A DNA stretch of 64,000 bases from Podarcis erhardii (taxonomy: Eukaryota), in assembly GCA_964252035.1 (NCBI GenBank), contig OZ176201.1. The stretch is one strand, 5' to 3'. Below are positions 1 through 11,876 of the stretch, piece by piece (positions within the stretch are counted from its first letter, which is position 1; each line of letters opens with the position of its first letter). The position numbers were made by a program, and so were the translations under genes. The notes beneath the pieces are model-generated. The model had not been told where the DNA came from, did no database searches, and saw nothing but the letters and a program-made list of their open reading frames with translations.

Positions 1-1073
1 AACTGCTGGCACTTTTAGACTGTCAGGCAATAGGCACCATCATATACTTCTCAAATACATTAGACACCAATTTATGCTAGCGATTCACACCATCCTGTGG
101 CGGTGAATTGGCCACTATGTGTTGCAATAAGCATTCTACCTTAGTTTTCTTTTATTTTTTTCACCATTAATTTAATGGATGTTGAAATTCTGAAGGGGCA
201 TGTTGTTTTTCTTTTCAGTAAACAACTTCTCTTACTATTAGCCCACTTCATAAAACCTAGTAACCACACATTAGCTACTTAAAAAAATACTTTAGTGCTC
301 TGTAGCTTCCACTCATGTGGTGAAACCTAAGACTGCACTGCTTCCTGTTTCTCCTTGCTGCACTAGACTCCACAGATAATCAGAGACCACAGACCACTTC
401 TGCATGTTGGGGGGGAAAGCTCACCAAACTCTAGCCCTTTAGCAGTCACTGGAAAGCACCTTCAGATCCCACTTAAATGAGATGTTCAGAATGTGTGAAA
501 TACCTGTACAGGATTCTGTGCAGATCAGTCACATTTAAAGGGTTCTGAAGCTCCGATCTTAGCAGCATTTACATGCAAACACAGATTCCCATAAATTACA
601 TATACTTATTTAAATATGCATATACTTTATATACTTTTGGCAGGATTCACCTAACAAACCCCATCAGCAGAAGCCCTGAAACTCCATTTGAAACACTGGA
701 GATCTGCATTTTTCTCTGGTCTATGAGGGTGAGTGGGAACATCTGCCTATAAATGTACTGATTTTCTGAAAACAATGCATTTTTTCTTCCATTGTCAGAT
801 ATTATCTACATTTATTGATTCACTTATATCCTACCTTTCCTTCAAGGAACTAAAGGGTGGCTGCAATAGAAGATTCATTTGTGCAAAACGCTATCGCTTA
901 CTTGCTCTGTGATGCATTGTTCGCTGACTTGCAGAGGCTGTAAGAAAAGTCTTGCTTAATAATTATTTGCCCCCCCAGTAATTAGAAAGCCCACTCTTGT
1001 CCAAATAGATCTATGCCTCTCAAAGTGTAAACTGCCTTAAAATGCAATCTTGTACATGTCTACTCAAAAGTAA

Positions 1074-1428
1074 GGTAAAGGTAAAGGGACCCCTGATTAT
1101 TAGGTCCAGTCGTGACTGACTCTGGGGTTGCGGTGCTCATCTTGCTTTATTGGCCGAGGGAGCCGGTGTACCACTTTCGGGTCATGTGGCCAGCATGACT
1201 AAGCCGCTTCTGGCGAACCAGAGCAGTGCACGGAAACGCCGTTTACCTTCCCGCCGGAGCGGTGCCTATTTATCTACTTGCACTTTGACGTGCTTTCGAA
1301 CTGCTAGGTTGGCAGGAGCAGGGACCAAGCAACAGGAGCTCACTCCGTCGCAGGGATTTGAACCGCTGTCCTTCTGATCGGCAAGTCCTAGGCTCTGTGG
1401 TTTAACCCACAGCACCACCCGCATCCCT
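1074..1428 (-). mobile_element. Sauria SINE, full length, with 15-bp target site duplication
   Basis: ACCTTT-repeat tail (plus: ggtaaaggtaaaggg), tRNA-like head with B-box (ggttcaaatccc on minus), typical body. TSD tctactcaaaagtaa at 1059-1073 and 1429-1443. Confidence 0.92.
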
Positions 1429-1825
1429 TCTACTCAAAAGTAATCCCCACTAAATTCAGTGGAACTTAACTATGTAAAGGATTGTGGTCTCAGTGCATCA
1501 CAATCAAGGCTATTCCCTCTTTCAGAAAGTTACTATTTGAAACCATTAGAGGCAGGCAAATTTGATTATGATTAAAATAGGGATTAGGGGAATAAGGCTC
1601 TTAAAAGAATTGTAATATTAAGAGAAGAAAAATAAAGGTGGTATTAGTTTACCATAAATGAATGCTCATAAACGCTGTCTTGTGACTGTGATTATAGTCT
1701 CTCTGCTCACTACTTTTCAATTCTACATGTGGATGTCTTTGTTCTCAAGAGGTCCAATAATGCTGAGGCAAACGGAAGGGTGGCTCAGAAGCACGACAAA
1801 ATTGGGTTTGTTTGCAGAGGGTATA

Positions 1826-1973
1826 CAGTGGTACCTTGGTTTACGAACTTAATCCATTCCAGAAGTCGTAAACTGAGGTAAAGTTTGCAAACTGGGACAC
1901 TACTACTGGTTTTGCAGAGTTCGTAAACTGAATCGTTCGTAAACAGGACTGTTCTTAAACCGAGGTATCACTG
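1826..1973. mobile_element. Tc1/mariner (Tigger-like) MITE
   Basis: TIRs cagtggtaccttggttta / taaaccgaggtatcactg; TA on both sides. Confidence 0.88.
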
Positions 1974-2413
1974 TACTCTGAATTCTGCCTCTTATTTCAT
2001 CACAACTGCAGCAAAGTTCTAGAATTTGTTCCACGGTATTGTAAAAGACAAAAACAGGCATGTAGCATTTTAACAAAAATACAATAACTGTTTCATATAA
2101 AATGCATTCCTATATTATGTCAGAAAGATTAAGAGGACAGCTATCAGATACAAATGGCAAGAGTAGGCAATTGCAAGCCACAAGTCCACAATTTGTAACT
2201 GGAATATAGCATGTAAATTAAAGTATACACATATGGAGGGTGAAATTTTAATCACTTCAGATATTTGCAGGTTGCACATGTATGAATGTGGAAAGCCTTA
2301 AAAATGCCCTCAACAACAACAACAAAAACCCCTGTGATCAAAGCTAGAATTAACAGTCATCTTTGTACACAAGAAAAATACACGGTCATCTTAACAGCCA
2401 AGAAAAACTGCAG

Positions 2414-2419
2414 TTTATT
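2414..2419 (-). promoter_or_regulatory. Polyadenylation signal AATAAA (candidate main site)
   Basis: Minus-strand AATAAA followed by U/GU-rich sequence (ctgcagtttttcttggctgtt…gtgtatttttcttgtgt). Confidence 0.6.
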
Positions 2420-2730
2420 AAGTTTCAAAGAATCTTCGTACTCTTGAAAGCAACTTCTGGTGCATGTTTTTAACAATCACATTCTATGAGGAGAAATAAC
2501 ATTAAAAGCCACAAACTTTTTTTTTATCTTTTCATCTCAGAGTTACAGACATCTTGAATTCAAAATGAAAGAAGGCAAAAAAAAAAAAAAAAGTTCAACA
2601 GGATGTATTTGCTTTTTTTCTTATGCCCATCCCCAATTTTAAATGATCAGGAGTTCTTTTTCTACAACTCATTACTAAACTTCAGCATGGAAAATTGTAT
2701 TGACTATTTCAATCCGCACATAGGCACATA

Positions 2731-2802
2731 TGTATTATATATATATAAATATAATGTGTGTGTGTGTCTGTGTGTGTATTAAGGGAGAGAGATATATATA
2801 CA
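2731..2802. repeat. Compound (TA)/(TG)/(GA) microsatellite in 3'UTR
   Basis: Direct reading. Confidence 0.85.
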
Positions 2803-5140
2803 CAATACATATGTAGAGTGCGTGTAATGACAATGAGATGCAAGCACTCTGAGAAAAGGGTATTCAGCTAAATACACTACGAAAACTTGAGAAAACACAA
2901 GTCTGGAACCCAATCTGTGCATAGTTCATGATCCTCTAGAAAACCAGCTTTTGTTGATTTGCAATCTTGCAGGACCCTTTTTAATTGGACAAAACCATTA
3001 AAAAGCTAATCTTTAACAAAACAAAAAATGTAATGCACAAGTTTCCTGATCCAAGCAGGCAGGGAGCACAATGTTCATATAATTTTTAAAAACATACTCA
3101 AAGGGTATGTTATTCCATTGTCTTTCTTCCTTTCAAAACAATCAAAAACATTGATCATTTTTAAACATAAAGCAATTTTTAATATATAAAGCACTCTTCA
3201 AACATCTATTTCTTTTGAGTCCATTATTTGGTAAATATGTAACTGCTACACATTAGATTAGGTATTTTTCTTCTTCTCTTACTGTCTTTTTATTTTTATT
3301 TTTTTCATTTTGTTTTTTAATAATATCTTCAGTGCTAGGAGTTGGGTTTAAAAAATACATGAAATGGTGTGGAGTTGCTCCTCGGGAAACCCGGCTTTCC
3401 TGAGACATCTTCCACCATGTGCAAGATAGTGATCACAATATTTTTCGCCACTCTTGACGAAGAGGAGGAAAAAACAACAAAGGAGTACACAGCAATGGCC
3501 AAAGAAAAGGATAAACAACAACAACAACAATAACAACAACAAACACTGTTCAATCCCAGAGCTCTGAAGTAGCATATCTTCATTCTGAAAATAGGTTTCT
3601 TTATGATGGAAGTCTATTTTTTTTCTTTTTTTTCAATTCCTTTTTTATTTTAAAGTTTGAAGGAGGAAAAAAAAAGGTCTGTAAACAGGTGGGAGCCGAA
3701 ACCGTAGGCTCCTCCAAAAGCAGTCAAAACCTATGTCCAAGTGCTTGTTTCCGTTCCGGCTTGCAGGGAACCATCCACTCTTTACAAGTATTTATGGCCA
3801 CAGTTCAACAAGAGTTTTTTTTTTTCCTTTTTTAAAACTTTATATTCCGAATGGGGGAAAAAATGGTGCAATACTCCGGTATTTATTTCCTTGCATTAGT
3901 CCACAATAAAAAGCTGCTAAAGGTAGATATACATATTATTCTCCAGAGATACACACTGTAAGTTTTTTAAAATGCAGTAAGAGTCCTTGAGTAAACATTT
4001 ACACGTGAATTGTCGCCAGCCCCTCCTATCAGTTTTTTTTTTCAATTTTCTTTTTTAAAAACAAGTAGGATTAGCTACAAGAAGGGCTGTGGACACTCAG
4101 TGCAAAGTTAGAAGCTAATAACAATTAAACGTTTGACCAAATAGCAAATCAAAAGCATATACTGAGAAGTGGGGAAGGGGAAAGAAAGGAAAAAAGTCAC
4201 ACAATTTGTTCAGTTGTACAACTGGCGCGCACACACGTCCATACGCTCACACATCTATCCATCTTTTTCCCCAATGCATACGTATAAGAAAGAACTTAAC
4301 AAAAATATTCCTAGAGCCTGTTCTTTTGATTTCTGGTGCCGACCTGGAAGTGTAATAATAGAAAGTGTTCACATTTTGTTATTGGCCTGCTGGATTCAAG
4401 TATAGTTGCATGTTTGATATGTTTTTTTAAAAAAACCTTCGTCTTCTTTTTTACTATTTTTTGGGGGGAGTTTTAAAAAAAAAACAATGACACAAAAAAG
4501 TAATGAAACAAGTGTAATGTGCATAGGCAAGACCCGTGGGAGGAGTGGACATGGATATTCCACCCCACCTCTCAATCCAAGTCGTACAGCTGAGGGGCAT
4601 AGGATTTGTTCCCCCCTATGCTGCTGACTGCTGACGGGCTGGTCGGATGCCATCCCCTACTGATTACTGGATCCGCCTCTGGTAATGTGCATAATTATCA
4701 CAGGCTCATTTTAAATAGGCTTTCTCACAACCCTCCCCCCTTCATCCCTCCCCGACTCCCACAGTTGATAAAATAACCCTTTCCAGCCCAAATTCTGAAA
4801 AGTGCCCTTCATGATAGAACTAGTCTAAGCAGCTTTTATACGTCTTTAAAAACACCATACAAACATAAAAACAAAATTAAAAAGCCATTGGAAAAAAACC
4901 CACATAAAACCTATCATTAGCACGTGACACTGACCAAAGGGAGCCCATACTGTTGCACTAACAGTTCACAAGGACTTCGGCAGAGTTTCATAGTCGATAT
5001 TGGACAGAGGTACTAAAAAAAAGGGCTGCCAGTCTGATCTATTAAAGCTGGATTCTTCGCGATGCCCTGGACTGGAAAGGGTTACCATTATTTTCCTTTA
5101 GTGCTGATGATTGTTACTTCCATTTTGTTTCTCTGGTGTC

Positions 5141-5501
5141 CTAGATGGACTCCCCGCTGAGAAGGTCACCTGGGAGCAGAGTATTCAAAGGCGTTGGGCT
5201 TCCGATAACCCTGCCGTCATCGGTACTGGGTGGACCCCAAAGGCTGCTTGAGTACTGAGGGACCCCGCCCCAGAGCAGATCACTGCTCCCTTTGCCACCT
5301 AGGCAGGGGGTATTCCAGTGGCCTGCATCGTTGCGCACCATGCCGTGTGAGCTGCTTGTGGAGCCCAAACGGGTCTGAGTGGTTCCAGTGTTGGACTGCC
5401 AACTGGAGGTGGGGGGCAGTGGCTGGCCTTGTGCTAAGAAACGGTTCACTTCCTCTTCTCCAGCGAACTCGGCCAAGATGGTAGTGTTCCCCAAAACGCA
5501 C
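5141..5501 (-). CDS. TNRC6C: TNRC6C last coding exon (MCVLGNTTILAEF…LLPGDLLSGESI*)
   Basis: Acceptor gttttcag|GTG; TAG stop at 5143-5141; completes the RRM and the C-terminal W-rich tail. Confidence 0.96.
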
Positions 5502-5640
5502 CTGAAAACAGAGAAAGACACAGAGATGCTCAAAGGTAAACCACACTCTTACCTGAGCTCAGAGAGGGGGATTTGTCTCAGGCTATTTTCATGTTCTGTT
5601 ATGAAACCCAATGCTATGAAAATCTAACAAATCAATCCTT

Positions 5641-5689
5641 ATTATTTCTGTTTTAATGTATGATTATTTCTGTTTTAATGTATGATTAT
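5641..5689. repeat. 22-bp tandem duplication
   Basis: attatttctgttttaatgtatg x2 plus a partial unit. Confidence 0.93.
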
Positions 5690-6944
5690 CTATATACTGC
5701 AATCATCACTCAGTGGACGGAATGCTAGATGTACGTATGAAAAAGCAAGGCTTGAAGCTCACTGCACCAAGCGAATCTATGGATGCATGTAGCGTACAAA
5801 GTGCACACACATTTCTTTTGCATACTTTATTTTGTTTTGAATATATAGACTTCTGTAGAGTTCAGAATATATATTTCAGATTATAGACAACCTTTCCACA
5901 ACCCATTTTTTTGGACCAGAATTCCAGATGCTTTGGATGACAACTTGTATAAGCCCTAGGCAGAGCAGCCATGCAGGCTGGGGCTGACAGGTACTGTGGT
6001 CCAAAACATCTGGAAGGTGATGCTCGATAGCAGGGGGTATATTAAAAATAACAGTCAATTCTTCTTTGGCTGTCTCCTCAAAGACAGAAGTGGCTATTAT
6101 TTTTCAACCCATGGCCTTTGGTTAAGGCTTGTGGTTGCTTGTTCAAATACCAAAATCATGGGTTTATTCTAGATCTGCATAATTATATTCCACATGTATG
6201 CAAGTGTGTGTCCATCCACTTTTCTCCTCCTGAGCCGCTTTGGTAGTGTGGTTGACAAGAGGTACCATGCAAAAGCTGAGAGGGAAAGATATTAGGCTGG
6301 GTTTGGGAAACAAATATTTCACCTGGAAATATTTTCCCTTAGGAAATGTACTGGGCAAGAGCACTGCTTTCAATTGCATGCCTCTGTGGCCTCAGAAATC
6401 ATTTCTCCAATCCCTATCTTCACACCCTCCTGCATGTCTAGCAATGAACACACCACACAGTAAGCCAAGGGGTGGAGACTACCATTCTTCTTCTTAATTA
6501 ACTCTAATCACTACTTCTGGCCTTACATAATGAAATGCTGCAAAAGTACTACATATCCAAAGCTGAGACTGATCTACCATGTCTCTAGGTTTCCTCCTCA
6601 CCAAACCACATTTAGGAATGCAGTGTGGGTTACTGCAAACATTAAAATGTTAAACTTATTTTTATTGGTTTTTAATTCAATGCAGGATAAAAGCTGCAGA
6701 AGCTTTGGGACTGCTGGTGAATGGAATTGAGAGTCCTAAGTAGGAGCAAATCTACCTCTTTTGGAATTTGCTAGTTTTTATAGGCATATCCTGTATCATG
6801 ACTTTTCACTTAATGCCCTGCTCATGTAAATCTCACAGCTTAATTTTCATTATTCAGTTCTTCTGCTTCTGCTCTTACAGACACACCAAACTAAGACACA
6901 GAGGTCACATATGAACCACAGCAAATACTGAATAGATTGCATAC

Positions 6945-7084
6945 ATATGCAGAGATTTCTGGGCCTTCGCTGCTTCTTCCTTGGAACTGTATCGAACCAC
7001 AGCATTCCCTTGAGTCAGGTTCAGATGGAATGTAATAAGAGGACCGTGCTGCAAGCATAGAGTACGCAGTGTAGAGCCATCAAT
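6945..7084 (-). CDS. TNRC6C: TNRC6C exon, RRM core ([46 protein letters not shown]), 140 nt
   Basis: Not in the ORF track. Acceptor tccatttag|ATT; donor CATAT|gtatgc; phase 0-2. Confidence 0.95.
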
Positions 7085-7944
7085 CTAAATGGAAAAGGAG
7101 CACAAATGAGATTGATTTAGAGGCGTCATGAACAACTGCATCACATTGGTTTTATCCAGCCTTTCTCCAAAACTTAACTGCACTCACTTACATTCTCTCT
7201 GGAGATCCAGTACAACAAGAGAACTCACACCCACTTCTTTCTCTTTCTGCCTGCTCCCCGATATCAGCATAGCTACACTCAAGCTGTTTCTGTAAGCCTC
7301 TGTGCCAAGTATTTTGAGGTCATGTTCATTAAGTCTGAAAGCTTTAATTGGTAGGATTGCTTAATTACCCCATTAACCCAAAGAGAAATAAGACTTTAAT
7401 CAGACTTGTCTTAACGTAAAGCATTTGATCTGGTTGCTAATGCTATGCATCTTCTGAGTCAGGGAACTGGTTTAAGATTATTTCCCAGAGTGAATTATTT
7501 CCCAGAGTGGTCGGTGGTGCCGTCCTTCTGACACCAGGACTGCTGCCACTTACCAAGATGGGGGGGGCAGTGGCCAGGTCTGGGCTGCACAGGCACACCA
7601 GTGGGAACATTGGAATGGCTCCACTGAGACACCTGCACAGCTCTGTCCTACTCTGCACTGTCCAGGTAAGGAGCAGTGATGCTGGTGTTGGGAGGGTGAC
7701 ACGGCCCCTCCACATCTAAAGATGGCTAAGATTTTTTTCCAGACTCACTATATATATATATATACAGACTCACTATACTAAGACTACAGTTTCTCCTGCA
7801 ACTGAAGAGGAAAGTTGTGTATCTCCTGCATGGGCAGGTGGCTGAGCTGAACCCCATTTCTGGTGGCCATGCATTTCCATATGGGACTGATTGGTGACTT
7901 TCTTCAGCAATTACATGGAAAAGTGGATGTGTGAGTTTCTCATA

Positions 7945-8055
7945 CAGAGTCACAGAATTGTAGAGTTGGAAGGGATCCCAAAGATCATCCCCTGCAGTAC
8001 GGGAATCTCAACACACAGTCCCCCATCCAATCAGAAACCATACCAGACCTTGTTT
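7945..8055 (-). mobile_element. CR1 LINE 3' end fragment
   Basis: catagagtcacagaattgtagagttggaagggatccc = reverse complement of the CR1 (ATTCTRTG)-type tail. Confidence 0.7.
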
Positions 8056-9326
8056 AACTTTGCAAATGTTTTATAGCTGCACCACTAGGAGGTCAGATAG
8101 TTGCTCTTACTGCTTCCATAGACCACCTAAAGCCATCAGGGGAAATAGTACACTTTCTGTAATGTATACAAATAGCCATGCTACTGAAAGGCAACCCTGT
8201 ATATTTCTGGGTATCGAAACATTTGATGTCCCACTATTTTTAAGATCGCATTTCTGCATTAGCTGATGGCCCCATTTTACATTTGACAATGAAACCTGCA
8301 AAAGCAGGAGGAAGAACTCTGTATTTTCAAGGCAGCTTGTGTTCAATGCTCATGTCTACTTCATGTGGTATACTTTGCAAGGATTCAACCAAGAAATGAA
8401 TAGGTTAGGATAGGGTGGGCAAAAGGATCTGAGTGATCTGCAGTAATCACTAAGGAATTCTGACTCCCTTTGGTTGAGCCATAGCAACCACCTTTCCTTT
8501 CAGATTGGGCTGCTGAAATGACGAAAATTTGGGAAGAAACTAGGATTGGCTTTTGGTGAGAAAGCACTGTGTGCTACTATTGAAAACAAGTGTTGTTGGG
8601 ATACTGCCAGGGAGACAAAGGCCATCATGCCTCCACGTCGATTCCGAACGATCCATCGATCTCCCGTAGATACAATATCAGTCAATTAGCGACACAAGCC
8701 TCAGATATAGCTTGCCACATTCCAGAGCTTGTGCACGCTCTCTCAGCAGAGTTCGCACAGTGAAAGATGCACTCAGGAGAGCATTATTTACAACTTTATT
8801 CAGCGTTGGTCAGAACAAAGAAAAGACATGACTGCCTGCTTCGATGTCCAGGCACGGAGAGAGGAAACAAAAGTTATATACACAAACAGAAACATCCTGT
8901 GAACAGGAAATACGCAGGCTGTGACACAACAACCTGCTCCCTTCTTAAGGTGGAACGGAAATATCTTAACAAGTATCTGGGCTCAGATCCCACAAACTTG
9001 GAAGTTTGCTCACTTCTGGGTAAGGAGATTCTATTTCAAATTTAGCAAACTTTGCAGCACTAAATAAAAACACAGTGGGCTCTCATGAATGAGGATTTGC
9101 ATTTGGTTCTAGGTGTGTTTGCAAAGGGTTAAATGAGCCAATCCTACAACGAACAGCACCCGTAATGAGTGCTTAGGACAGGATGCACCAATGGCTGTGC
9201 TAATGCAGTGTCATAAACACTGACAGTTATATAGCACGAGGATTTAGAAGCAGGATTCCAAATTTTATCTCCCTTTCTCAGATAGCCCATAGCTATGTTC
9301 TGAATTAATCAGGGAACTTTGCTTAC

Positions 9327-9397
9327 CTGGGGTGTGAGGTTACGGAGGACCAGCCAGCTACTTGTTCTTCCTGAGCTGTCAGTACTCCACGCTGAGC
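9327..9397 (-). CDS. TNRC6C: TNRC6C exon, RRM start (GSAWSTDSSGRTSSWLVLRNLTPQ), 71 nt
   Basis: Not in the ORF track. Acceptor ggtatag|GCT; donor CAG|gtaagc; phase 1-0; contains the RNP2-like LVLRNL. Confidence 0.94.
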
Positions 9398-10725
9398 CTA
9401 TACCACAAAGAAAGGAAAGATTATGGAGAGCCCAACCCAACTTACTAAATGAAGGCTATACAACATGCAGGACACAAACATGAGGAATACAACTGCTATA
9501 GGGATTCCTAATAAGGTGACTTATCAAATGCCCACCAACCTTTTTTTTCTTGGTAGTGGCCCTGAGACAGTACTGTAAATACCTATACCACCATCATGCA
9601 TCAGATAATGCGGACTCTAGTCCATAAAAGCTAATGCAATAATAGCCTTTGAGGTGCCACAAGAATCTTTGCTGTTTTTTTGCTGCAGGTTACCCCTCTG
9701 GAAACTGCAAAACAGATGTCTCTCTAAAGTCAGTGATGCTATGATTCAGTAGCTATGAGGTGAGATTAATGGAATGATAAGCAACCTGTGGCCTTTTCTG
9801 TTGTTATCCTTTGGCACTGTTATCTGTCAAGTTTTGTTTTACAAAATGGCCAGATCATGATTTTAAAGATTGTGTTTAAAGACAATAGTTTCAAATGCTC
9901 AGAAGGCAATTTCAAAAGGATATTGCTGCTTCCACACCTCCTGATTTTCAGATATGCCAAGTTAAGGCCCCAGGAGTCCAGCTTATCATATTTGAATAGG
10001 TGATGTGACAGGGTAATTGCATAGAGCAGAATGCCATGTAAGGCACGGGATGAATGAAACAGATTAAGAACATATCTTCCAGCTGTGATCCAGACATCTA
10101 GCACCCATTAGATGTACACTAAAGCAAGCAAATCAACTCTAGATTTCCAGTTCATTATTTCCTCTATACTAAGGCAGTGTTAATTGCTGAACCTGCACTG
10201 CTTCAACATTTAAATGGCAGCATTTTAAAAAGGCACATGACTTCCAAAGTCAGGTGGGTTACTGCACTGAAGCTGAAATCTGAATCCTTGTTATTTGGCC
10301 ACCAGGTGGAGCTCATAAAAAGCTAATAATGTGTGTTTTTCAAAGGGTTGATGGGAGCATTTCATTTCCACACTCACTGGTAAAACAATAAATATTGTGA
10401 CACGTGAAGAAATCCATCTGAAACAGTGTATGGTGTGTGAAACAGAAGTAGCCAAATAAATGGATCATAAAGTCAGGACAGGGAGAAACCTTTTTATGGA
10501 TTTTGCATCTTATGGGGAACTATGTATGCCTTAGTTACACATCTTCCCTTCATTCAGAATTAACTTGCACAGTTTTGCAATTAATTGCCATTGCTTTCCA
10601 GCCTGGTGCTTAATTGCCTGGTGCTGCACTAAGGGCCCACACTTAGCAGGAACATTTGGGTGTGATGGTATCAGCTGAAGAATTTTCATTAGCAGTTTTT
10701 TAAAAAAGCAAATCTAGTAAAGCCA

Positions 10726-10830
10726 TCATAAGAAAAGACTGCTGGATCAGGCCAAGGGCCCATCTAGTCCAGCATCCTGTTCTCACAGTGCCCAAGCAGA
10801 TGCCTGTGGAAATTGGCAGGCAGGACTTGA
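10726..10830 (-). mobile_element. CR1-clade LINE 3' end fragment
   Basis: cataagaaaagactgctggatcaggccaagggcccatctagtccagcatcctgttctcacagtg, a typical reptile LINE tail. Confidence 0.72.
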
Positions 10831-11876
10831 GCGTAAGATCCCTCTCCACTCAGCAAGTATCTAGGACTTCTGTCACCTTTCCACTCAACTTCCTTCCTAG
10901 CTGATTGCTCATCCCAGTCATGGCTTGCCTGAATCTTTGAAATCTCTGAATATAGCTGTTTTGTGCTATAGCAAGCTGTGCCACTTGTGCTGATCCTCCA
11001 ACCAATTTTGCACTAGCATCAGTTATCATGGAGATCAACATAGTTCCCATTAGGACTGTGCAGAACAACCAGTAGGAAAACAGTGGCAAAATAGGTGCAA
11101 TCATTCTTCAAAATGTTGATCTCATTTCTGCTTTTCCATGAATTCCAGAAGCTTAAGATAGTTATGTCCCATTTGCAGCACAAACAATCTAAGTCCTTCT
11201 TGCTTTTAACTGCATAGCCCTTGCTTACATTACAGTCTGAGGTTTCAACAAGACTCTCTTGTAGCCTGTTTTTGCCTTATGGGGTAACATGCCTCGTTTT
11301 ACAAAATTCTGCTTAGCATATGCAGTACAATTGTGCATTATTTTCTCCACAAAAATATGGGGGAGTGGAGAGAGAAAGCTGGATCAATACCACTTTCAGT
11401 AACTTGCAGTGATTTGGTAAATAGGTATGAACTTATATACCAAATGATATAATCATGGACACCAACAGCAAACTCATTCTCTGAGTGTGGATCTTATCAT
11501 TCATGCGGAAGAGAGAGGGGTTTGCAGGCTTGGGGGAACCTCAGCTGAGCTTATTCCCCAGTAAGTCTTCAATGGCTTTTATCCTGAATTACTGAAAGCA
11601 CAACTGCTAATAGCACATAGAAATGCACCTGCCACAGAGGAAATTACTGAGAAAAGTACTTTCTGGGGAGAACTGTCACGTCTGACTGGTTGCACGAATT
11701 TTCCATCTCAGGAATAATCCAGCAAATGAGTGCATTCCACTCACCCTTTGAGGCCTACAGATTTGCTACATTAAAAAACCTGAACACAGAGAGCGGATAA
11801 GAACAAAAAAGTTGTTGCGTTGCCCCCCCCCCCAAAAAAAAACAAGGAAAGGAAAAAAGACAGGAGTCAGGAGTAC

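Larger units (their letters stand above)
2395..5140 (-). other. TNRC6C: TNRC6C 3'UTR (approximate 3' end)
   Basis: Repeat-poor, U-rich sequence after the stop, with multiple miRNA seed matches; AATAAA near the distal end. Confidence 0.7.

Noticed and set aside
1-1058. Exons of a downstream neighbouring gene
   Set aside because: No ORF or splice pattern I could support.
1150-1377. 75-aa ORF and a tRNA-like B-box as a gene or tRNA
   Set aside because: Entirely inside the Sauria SINE; no cloverleaf.
3335-3583. Cys/Leu-repeat ORFs in the 3'UTR
   Set aside because: Artefacts of a (CAA)n tract.
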